Assembly: GCA_965655095.1 (NCBI GenBank)
Contig: OZ296649.1
Span: forward strand, 112,468,001-112,532,000
DNA from: Haplodiscus bocki
Lineage: Eukaryota
Reading direction: 5' to 3'
DNA: 64,000 nt
Below the pieces are notes generated by a model. The model searched no databases. It was given only the letters and a program-made list of their open reading frames with translations, and was not told the DNA's origin. The position numbers and the translations under genes were made by a program. Positions 28,462-37,910 of the stretch are shown piece by piece (position 1 is the first letter of the stretch; every line of letters begins with the position of its first letter).

Positions 28462-28661
28462 NNNNNNNNNNNNNNNNNNNNNNNNNNNNNNNNNNNNNNN
28501 NNNNNNNNNNNNNNNNNNNNNNNNNNNNNNNNNNNNNNNNNNNNNNNNNNNNNNNNNNNNNNNNNNNNNNNNNNNNNNNNNNNNNNNNNNNNNNNNNNNN
28601 NNNNNNNNNNNNNNNNNNNNNNNNNNNNNNNNNNNNNNNNNNNNNNNNNNNNNNNNNNNNN
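28462..28661. other. Assembly gap (200 N)
   Basis: Run of N; sequences on the two sides belong to different elements. Confidence 1.
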
Positions 28662-30268
28662 TTTCCAACATGACTGGATAACGTTATTGGTCTGTAGCTG
28701 GAACTGAATGCATAATTTGATTTGCCTGGTTTCCTTATGAAGATTATTCGAGATGAGTTCCAGGGCCAAGTGGACTCGTGCCAACAACTATTGAAAAGTT
28801 TCAGTAGCCTCAGTTTCATTCTAATACCAAAATGTTTCAGCATGGATGCATGAATCCCATCATTACCGAACGCGTCCGACTGAGGAATATCTTTGATTGC
28901 ACATTCTATTTCATACATCGAGAAGTCTTCGTGGAAGAGTTCTTCATGCTCAGCGTTGATCTGCGGGTCCTGATTACGAACCCTCCGTGTCACCTCAACG
29001 TAATGATCCTCAACGAATGATCTTCCATTGAGATGCTGCCCTAGGAAGAATGTTTTTCTCAGTTCCTCAGAGATCTCTTCTTTCGAAGTAGTCAGCCCTC
29101 CATCTGAACTTTGTAATGAGCCTATTGCGCATTCTCTCATTTGGAATACATCCTGAAATTTTTGCCAAAAACCTTTGCCTTTCCTGTAACTCAATCCAGT
29201 TAAAGTTTCTCGCATTCACTGCGAAGATTTCTCAGATAAAAGGCTCTTGAACTCATTTTTCGCATTATTAAGTCTTTCTCCATTTGAGTAGTTGGAGCAG
29301 TACTTGAATTTTTTTCGGAGAGCTTTGAGTTCCGCACTTTTTTGAGATAGATCTTCAGACCAGAAAGGTTTGCTATGCCTGGAGCTTCTTTTATAAGGAA
29401 TGGCCAACCGTGTTGCTTCGGTAATGTCGACAAGTACACTTGCCAATTGATCTGTGGCGCTTGGGAATTGAACTGCCTCAAGTGATGCATGCGATGGTTT
29501 TTCTAACACTTCCCAGTCTGCTTTTTGCACCCACTGTTTGGTATTTCCTTCTTCCGTCGTCCTACCTAGGTTGCATTTCACTATTAATGGTATATGTCCA
29601 TGTTGCGGCGCTCCTGTGAAGAGTTCAACATTTGGGTCAGTTTTTAGCTCGAATCCTACTTGCGTAGCGATTCGTCCACTTACAATGCATAGATCTACAA
29701 CACTCGAACCATTGGATGACAAAAAAGTTTTTTCTCCATTATTAAGGGTGTTGTCTTCAGCAGAAAGACTTTCCACAAGGACAAAACCATTAGGATTGCT
29801 TATACTAACACCCCACAAGCAGTGTCTAGCATTGCAGTCTCCCAAGAACAACACTCCATCAAGGTTGTGCTGATGGTAGAAGTTTATCACTTTTTCTCTC
29901 TGTTTTATAAATTTTTCCATTGAAGCGGTTTCATTTGGTTTCAAGTATGCTGTACCGATTATGATCTTGAGCCCCGCCACCACCGTCAAGATCCAAATGC
30001 TGTCATGGTCTTTCAGTTCATGTTCATTTAAACGAGTGTAACTCAAGGCCTTACTTATTATGATAGCGACGCCATCACTTCTCACGCCACGACATGTTGA
30101 TTCCGTGAAGTAATTTGCAGCGAAGTCCTTATCTAGTTGTCTTTTTGTTTCGTTGAGGCAACAGATTGTGGGTTTATGTGTTTCAAGGTAGTTGTTAAAA
30201 GTCGGCTTGCTATGCTCGGCAACACCACCAATATTCAGCTGAATGAAGGTTAAGTTTTTGTTAGCCAT
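28662..30268 (-). pseudogene. ORF2 (APE endonuclease + start of RT) of an I-group-like LINE, frameshifted near 29216, truncated by the gap
   Basis: QLNIGG, CLNET, GDCNARH..WG, VDL, then DAFGNDGIHASML, IRKPGK, SYRPITLSSHVG. Confidence 0.9.
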
Positions 30269-31467
30269 TATGAGGAGTGGATTGGTCCCGTCCCCTAGAT
30301 TTTATAACTGTTTGTAACTGCTTGATGTATACATCACAATGGATATAGTTGGCGGGATGATTTAGATTACAGTTCGCACATTTGCTTTCCTGGTTTTTTT
30401 TGGGGCAGTCACTGAATAAATGATTTTCACTGCAGTGTCCACATTTTTCACCTGATTGACATTTGGCACTGATGTGACCAAACTTCTGGCATTTGAAACA
30501 TCTGATAATCTGTATCCCATTTTGCACGAAATTTATTGTTTTATAAAAGATAGATTCGATGAAAAGCCTTTGATGCAGAGCTTTTCCAAGATCGTTTTCA
30601 AATTTCAGCACAATTTTAACTGTCCCAAGTTTTTTCGAGTCTCTTTTTATGAAACGCGTTGCTTTCGCGTCTTTGAACTGAGTATCTAAACAGCTTCGAA
30701 TCATTTCATCGTTCACATCTAGCGGAACCTTCTTGATGATGACAGCACGATTTGGCTTCTCCGTCGAAAGAGCTCTTCTAATCTTTGTTGAATCACCTAG
30801 AAAATCCGGTTTTCCCTTCTCGAAAACTTCGTCCGCCTGCTGTTTTGACACAAACTCTAAATGAACGTTTCCTCTGGTTGTCTTGAATGCATGAATCAAT
30901 CTTTTAAGTGGAAAATGTTTAGCAATTTCTTTCTTGATTTGTACACTGTCTTTGAAGTTGAAAGTAATTGAAGCTATCAAAATGTGTTCAGGATTGCGTT
31001 GCGGAGTTATGTATTTCTGTGAGCTAGTTTGTAAGGTGTGACTCGTTTGTCCCACTGCTCTGGCATAGCTTGCTCCAGAAGTATTGGTTTGCGCTTGTTT
31101 TATTTGCTTTGGCAGTTGTTTTTACTGCTTCGTGTACTACTTCAACAAGTTTCTCAGTCGTTTCGTCATGCTTCGCAATTGTTTGTTTTACAAGGTTTTT
31201 GACAACTGTTAAGTTTTGATCGACATCCGCCTTAAATTCTGTAAGTCCCGTCTGTATGCTACGTTTCGCATAACAACGACATTTATCACAGAACCACATG
31301 GCGCCTTCTATTTGTTCTAATAACTCAATTTGCTCCTTGCTAACTTTAGCACAGTGCCCGTGTGTCCATTTTCCGCATGCATGACAAAAAATAGATGGAT
31401 CAGTACCAACCAGATTTGTGCAATTGAGACATTTTCTCGTTTTCTTTTTCTTGTTACGTTCACCCAT
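30261..31467 (-). pseudogene. LINE ORF1: N-terminal PHD finger, RRM-like core, three CCHC knuckles (one frameshift near 31040)
   Basis: CLNC...FCHACGKWTHGHC...WFCDKC; RCFKCQKFGHISAKC, CGHCSENHLFSDC, CANCNLNHPANYIHC. Its stop overlaps the ORF2 ATG region (ATGGCTAA). Confidence 0.9.
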
Positions 31468-31551
31468 TTCTCTCGGCCCAAACTGGGTACCTACTAAGAC
31501 ACCGAAGTCCCTGAGGCTCCCGGTTTAAACAAAGAGAATATTTGTTTAACT

Positions 31552-31954
31552 TCAAGATGATCCTATTCTTCTTTGCGCTTTTCTTCTCTTCTTCTGAGAG
31601 GGTCTGTTTTTTGACTTTGATCTTATCTTCTTGACAAGGGATATAAAATTGCTTCAATATTCTGTTTGAACCCAGTAAGTATTTCTAGAAGTTTATCATT
31701 TCACAGGGATTGTCCCTTTTGCCTCTATGTTTAGATATGGAATTAATAACCACGTCGTGCCAGATTATAATTTTCTTTGATTCTAGGAATCCTTTTTTCA
31801 AAAGATTTTGAAGTGTTTTCAGGGGACTTACAGATTTGGGATTAAGGGATAGGCCACGAATTGCAATTATATCTTTCTTCAATCGTTTTCTACTTGTATA
31901 ACTCAAATTTCTATATGCGTTGTCCAAACAAATTGCCCCCACTAATAGAACCAT
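31552..31954 (-). pseudogene. Extra upstream ORF0 of the I-group-like LINE (SGNH-like), frameshifted and internally deleted
   Basis: MVLLVGAICL...IIIWHDVVINSISKH...NP, shifted KLLEILTGFKQNIEAILY, then LVKKIRSKSKNRPSQKKRRKAQRR*. Homologous to 36225-36822. Confidence 0.75.
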
Positions 31955-32679
31955 GAAAAAGAATTGAAACTAACTAACAGGATGGAATTTGTTGTATTCT
32001 TCGCTTTTGGTCAGAGTCTGAAAGGGGTGAAATCCACTTGCAAGCTATATCGATCGCCGTACTTTCTAAAATCTCGAAGGCTACCCAATCGTATCCAGAT
32101 GCCGGCACTTTAAATTTTCTGAAATGACTTGTTAAACAGCAATGACTTGCTACTTAAAAAAATTATCACAACAATTAGGCTTCAGTCGAAAACAAGCGGT
32201 TCGAATTCTGTGAAAATCTGTGGTTGTTATTCTTTCACGAGATTTTTATGTTGAACAACTTTTTTTTGGGTTGGAATTTCAATTTGCCGAAAACGCGATT
32301 AAGTAAATTTGATTTTCTTATTTTCGTGTATCATTAGACTCCTCTTTCTGTAAAACTACAGCTCTGGTTTCTTGAAAAATCTGAAATTGTCCCGTCAAAG
32401 TTCGGTTCACTTTTGTATATATATAATTTCTTAACCCCAATTTGCGGGATGATATTTTACATTTTCATTTCATTCATTTATAAGTATGAACAGTTTGATA
32501 ACATTTGAACTATGTGGATACTTTTGTACTGTGCTTAGTTTATGTACGATCTCTCGTCATGGCGCCCAATCGATGGAATTTATCGCGGTGCAACTGTGCG
32601 TCTTTTCGTTTGAGACACCAGGATTTTATGTTTTGATTTCGACTGAATCGAGATTTTTACACGCATTTCGATGCCATGA

Positions 32680-33400
32680 TTAACCACCGATGCTTCGGGG
32701 TTCTAATTTGTTTGTCTTGTAAGTAATGGGGTCGCTTTTCGTTGATTGGAAGCAACCACAATTTTTGAAGCTGCTTGTGAACGTGTCTTGGTCTTTGTTT
32801 CCTCCAATTTTGTTGCGACTTCTTGGGTACTTGTTTGTATGTAGACGATTCTCGGTCAGAAAGTTGGGGTTTTTCTTCGAAGATTGGAAAAAAGTTTGTT
32901 TAGGTTCACTTCGAAGACTTTCAAGGTTTCGATCAGCTTTTTTGGTGTTTTTTAGTTTTTTTCCCGTATTTGTTTTGTTCTTCGTGTTTTCAGAGATTGT
33001 GGAGACATTTCTCCTAACAGGTCCGTCCCAGGTTTTACAGAGCCAGAGGATTGCTTCGACCATTTTACTAACATAGTGAGTCATTTTGTTTATTCCCATG
33101 CGTTTAATTTGAAACCAGTCACTGCGGGCGTCAGAAGCTAGTCCAAGTTCAATTTCAGCGACTAATTGTTGGCGTTTGTCTGAGTCCCCCTTTTTTGTCG
33201 CGGCAGTAAAAAAAGTTCTAGGGTGATTCAGTTGTGATAATAATCGGCTATCGGTCCACACTGTTGGTGAGCTCACCCGAGTAGGTAATCGCTTCCCCAC
33301 AACGGGGTTTCGTTCTGAGGTGAAGCTGAGAAATGTTAATCGGAACTTCGATTATAGCGATAACTTCTTCGCTGTAGAACAAACTCTAGTTAGTTCCGAT
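32680..33400 (-). pseudogene. Crypton (DUF3504-type tyrosine recombinase) remnant
   Basis: WFQIKRMGINKMTHYVSKMVEA resembles the W...P.G.N.L..MM..M motif. ADRNLESLRS resembles a decayed GH.N..SL..Y, and RTKPRCG lies upstream. Confidence 0.45.
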
Positions 33401-35139
33401 ATTCTAGAATGTTCTAGAATTTTCCTGTGATACTGTGTGTATAATTTTTCCCAGGAAAATTATTCCCATTAAACTTTTGTTCAGTAACGGATGAAATGAA
33501 TTTGCTTACAAGCTGTAATGCTTCTCCACGGATAGTTAAGTTCTTTAACCGCCGATAGTCTCGCAACCAGTGGCAGCTGTTGTTCAGGGAGTTGTTCTAT
33601 CAGATGCTATTCCCTGTGACAATTTAGATGTTTCATTTTCATGTCATTTTAGAGTCTCTATTGAAACGTGCTTATACGGATAAATTCGAGGATCGACTCC
33701 AATTTGTTTGATTATGCTTTTTCATTTTTCAGGATTTTTGTTCGAGTTCCGAGTAGAGTCTTTTATTATTAAATTAAATCATTATTGGCTCCAAAATTGG
33801 GGTCAAACTATGGGTTTAGTGGGTTTTGACCGTTTCCTAATTATCTCTTCTTAAAATGATGGTCTCTAAAATTGAAAGAATGCTACAGGAACCAAGAACT
33901 ACAAACGAGGGCCTGAGATTTACCAACAAAGAGCCGAAATTGAAGATAAAATATTATTCTCTTGGAGCAACCCAATACTGACTACCAACAAAAACTATGT
34001 TCAACCACATTTTTTTGTTTCGAGCTCCTACTAATGATTTAGTGCTGCTTAGTTCTGGTTGTTTGTTGCAGTATTGTAGTGTTAGCGTTTTCCAGAATTA
34101 TGAAATGAAAACTCTACTTCAACGTTGCAACAGAACGTAATGTTACCTTTTTTCATCTGCGATTATTCATATTTTGCTATCTATTTAATCATTAACCAAA
34201 TCCAAAATTTTGAAGTCTTTCTTGTACCGTATGTTGGTTTCCAACTATTGGTTTTCCGTATGGTTTCAAAAGGAGTTTGGTACACGAATGCGAGTTTTTG
34301 GAGAATACAGGTCTCCTCCGAAAACTTTAACGTTGGGAGTCTGTGAGCTCTCCAGTCTTCAAGTAATTTTAGTTGTAATTTATCAGTGTGCTACTGGGCC
34401 CTTTGCTTTTTCCGTCGTAAGATTTTATGCAAAAAAATTGGATTCAATTGTGCATTTTTTACCGGGGCTTTCTTAATTTATCGGAATGCCTGTTGTCTGC
34501 CTGCGAGTGTGTTTTCGCAGCGGACTGACAGTCTAAACTGCAATTGTAGCAAAGGAGATGCGTTGGTGCTTTGCACACGTGCGTTGTCACCGCGGTCAGG
34601 TAGATGACAAGTATTCGCGAATCCCGCAAAAGGCCAAATTGCGTTTTCTTTGTTTTTTGGCAAAACCATTTTATCTATTTTCGTTAATCAGTCTGCACCT
34701 TTGTCGAGCGAAAATGTTGCAGTGACAATGCGCTTCTGGTTTTTCTTTTTCAGACAGATTTTGTCAACTATATTTACTAAGTTAATTTAGAACGTTCTAG
34801 TGAAAATTGTTCGTGAAATAAAGAGACGGCCCTCTAACCTTTGGTGTCGCTGTTTAACACAGTGATTCTGAAAAATTAAAGTAGTTTTGTGGAACTTCCG
34901 ACAATAAATAATTGCCCGAAGTCAACGTTTCATTAATTAGAAAATATTAGGAACCATGTATTTAGCAAAAGCTTTTCGATCATTTCAGATCATCATCAGT
35001 GCATCCATTTAACATATCTATAACAAATTTTTGAACGTTAAAGTGTTCAAGTTTTTCAATGAGAAAGGATCTTTGAACAACAGGTATACTGCTAGAATTT
35101 TATGACTGTCATGGCTGGGGGGGGGGGGTGTTCTTGGTC

Positions 35140-36016
35140 TTAGAAGACATAGGATAAGGGCCGGCTTCGAAACTCGTCTTTCGTATTCAGTAACGGTTTT
35201 TATTGCCGAATGTATAGAGCTTCCAGTGTTAATAGTAACTTTTGGTTTCTCGCGCCATCTAAAATTTCAAAATCTTCAATTGAGACGGCAGTCACATTCG
35301 CTGAAATGTGTGTGGACCAGGGTACCTTTCGCAGCGTGTTCCTTTGCTTGTATTGAAATGTGTCGGATCGTTTGTCCGCTATAGGTCCTATGACATTCAG
35401 GACACGTAATTTTATGCACTACACGAGACTTCAGGGCAAACGGAACGGCGCTTTTCAGGTTTAAGACTACATTTCTCAATTTGTTCGTAGTGAAGACTAT
35501 TTTCACGGAAGGCAGTATTTTCCTCAATTTGAACGCAAAATTTTGTGAAGATTTTCCCCGGTATTTTAACGATAGCCAATGGTTTAGTGTAGGATTGGTC
35601 TTCTTTGAGATGTTGTTCTGGTCTTTCGATTTTCCGTTAGAAATTATCTTTGAAGGTACTGTTTAGTATTTTCGAGATGAATTGTTTATTATATTGGTTG
35701 TTAGTTAATATGTTTTCTGCTTCTGCCCAACTTTTGTTAAATTTTTCCCAGTTTGAACAGGCATTGAAAATCCGATTCACGAAGCCAGATACGATTCCGG
35801 ACGAATAAATTTAGGGACAACAGCGTTGAAGTTCAAAATAACACCAGTGTATGTGCTTTTCCGATACCATGTCGATACAATTTTACTGTTGATCTTCTTC
35901 ATGGAAAGGTCAAGAAAAGGTAGTCCGTCTAAACTTGGTTCTTCAAGAGTAAATGTGAGGTTGCGGTGACAAGTGTTGACAAAATCCAAGAGGATTTGTT
36001 TTCCACCAGTTATCAG
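35140..36016 (-). mobile_element. Penelope-like element, 3' part (RT C-terminus + GIY-YIG endonuclease)
   Basis: NLTFTLEE...LPFLDL...WYRKST; KSRVVHKITCPECHRTYSGQTIRHI...EH. Confidence 0.85.
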
Positions 36017-36224
36017 ATAGTTTTCAGAAGAAGAAACTAGATAACTAGTTTTTCAGATAGTTTTGTTACTCGTGGGGCAGCTGTTGTGGCCCCCTACTAT
36101 CTATCAGTCAACGTTATCAACAACACCTGTGTCACTTGTTCATCTGCCTTCCGGACTCTCCACCACGAAAGCTTAGTGTTCTTTCCTTACATCCTCTCCC
36201 TTTATCTCACCCCCTTTATGCCTC

Positions 36225-36822
36225 ATGTTGCACATCGCCGGTGCGAGTTTACCACTCTATTAAAAATTTAGCACCCGAAGACTTCACTTATACTGGAACT
36301 ACCCACGCTACTCCAAGCCCGCAACTAAATTACAGATTTAGTGACGACTACAACGCCTTTCGACACCTGAACCTTCCCGAGACTCGTACCAAGCAAATTG
36401 TACGTTGGCACGACTTAATAAACAACTCCATCACCCCACACTGGACCAACAACAACCTGCCGCTGACTGCAAACCAACTTGTAACTGAACTCAGACGTAT
36501 CCCAAACCTTCATTCTATTATCTACTGTCATCGAAGTGCTGCACCTGGTATTTTCCAGTTCCTCCTTGATCACCTTCGTGACTTGAACATCGTCATTATC
36601 GACATACCCAAGCACATCCTCAGCAATAGTCAACAGTTCGACCAGAAGTTGGTTGGCTCCTACAAACGTCTCCACCAATCTCAGGATCAAGAACTGAGAA
36701 CCTTAGCTGTGATTTCTTATTATTTTTCCCGGCTGGACCTTGTATTCAGAGCTCGTACCAACACTCCGAGACCTTCAAAAAGTCGTCGAAAAGCCAAACA
36801 GAAACGTCTCTCTACTGATTGA
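36225..36822 (+). CDS. ORF0, SGNH/GDSL-hydrolase-like protein with basic C-terminal tail (frameshift at ~36250)
   Basis: ATG 36225 reads MLHIAGASL, then shifts into ORF 36136..36822: IVRWHDLINNSITPH, IIYCHR, LHQ, RPSKSRRKAKQKR. The fold assignment is inference. Confidence 0.6.
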
Positions 36823-36850
36823 AGTTAGTCTATTTTTGGTACTTCTACTC

Positions 36851-37005
36851 AGTGCACTCTTCGAGGCTTTGCCTCAGAGTCCTTAGTAGTTACCAAGTTT
36901 ATACGTTGTTGCTCAAGTGTACTCTTCGAGGGTTTGCCTCAGAGTCCTTAGCGACTTCTTAGACATTTTAGTGCACTCTTCGAGAGCTTGCCTCAGAGTC
37001 CTAAA
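36851..37005 (+). repeat. Three 36-nt hairpin repeats separated by unique 29- and 18-nt spacers
   Basis: AGTGYACTCTTCGAG-x5-GCCTCAGAGTCCTWAR at 36851, 36916 and 36970. Confidence 0.95.
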
Positions 37006-37073
37006 TTGCTCCAACTCCACTATAGAGACTACCTGACTGACAACTGTCTCATTTCCTCATCTTCCCCGCGAAC

Positions 37074-37910
37074 ATGGGTGAAGACAAGACTAGAACCAAC
37101 TCCTCGTCGAATCCCGGAAACAAAGACTACTACCCCCAGTTAGACGAACTACTTCATGCTTCTCCTGAACACTTTAAGACTCTGACCAACAAACTCAATA
37201 AAGACTGGCTTCTCTATCTCCTCAAGGACACAGTTAGCCACCTAAAGCTGGCTCGGTCCCCCGCCTCTTCCCTAGATAGCATCAATTCCCAAATTGCTGA
37301 AGTTAAAACTTTGATCACCGAAAACAGCGTTCCTCAGCCTAAAACGACCATAACTGACACAACTACGAACTGCAGCTGGGCTGACGCAGTCAAGAAGTCT
37401 CTCGATGAACGAGACTATGACAAGAAGTCAGCGAGAACAGTCATTTTCTACAACGTTGAAGAAAAAGAACCACCGAACTCTGCTGATACCGGTAATCCTG
37501 TCAAGACTGATGAAGTAACCATCCAACAATTATTCACTCGAATGAACGTTTGCGACATAAAAACCCGAAAACTTGTTCGATTGGGCCATAAGAAGCCCGA
37601 TTTAAATGTTAGACCGCGTCCGATTGAATTAACACTGGACAATGAGGATGAGAAGGCTGATGTGAAAAATGCCTACAGACTGCAAGGAACGAAGATCTTC
37701 GTTAAACCAAAACTAAAATGGAAGGAGAGACTCAAGGAAAAAGGGCTCCTGAAACTACGTTATGAACTGTGCCAAAATGGATTTGATAAATCTCTCTTCC
37801 GACTTCGTGACCTCAACCTTTTCTTTAATGGAACCCGCATTGACGAGACGTCCACTTTCGAAGATATCTCCAAACACTTGAAGCAAATCTCAGCGACAGC
37901 GAATAAGTGA
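37074..37910 (+). CDS. LINE ORF1 (278 aa, intact)
   Basis: VIFYNVEE...RLG...RPRPIEL...LQGTKIFVKPKL, typical of CR1/L2-group ORF1 RRM-CTD; directly upstream of the APE. Confidence 0.85.
   Translation: MGEDKTRTNSSSNPGNKDYYPQLDELLHASPEHFKTLTNKLNKDWLLYLLKDTVSHLKLARSPASSLDSINSQIAEVKTLITENSVPQPKTTITDTTTNCSWADAVKKSLDERDYDKKSARTVIFYNVEEKEPPNSADTGNPVKTDEVTIQQLFTRMNVCDIKTRKLVRLGHKKPDLNVRPRPIELTLDNEDEKADVKNAYRLQGTKIFVKPKLKWKERLKEKGLLKLRYELCQNGFDKSLFRLRDLNLFFNGTRIDETSTFEDISKHLKQISATANK

Noticed and set aside
28231-28787. ORFs spanning the N run
   Set aside because: Artefacts of the assembly gap.
36851-37005. CRISPR array or hammerhead ribozyme
   Set aside because: Eukaryotic LINE context, no cas genes, only three units with unequal spacers; no CUGANGA/GAAA core on either strand.
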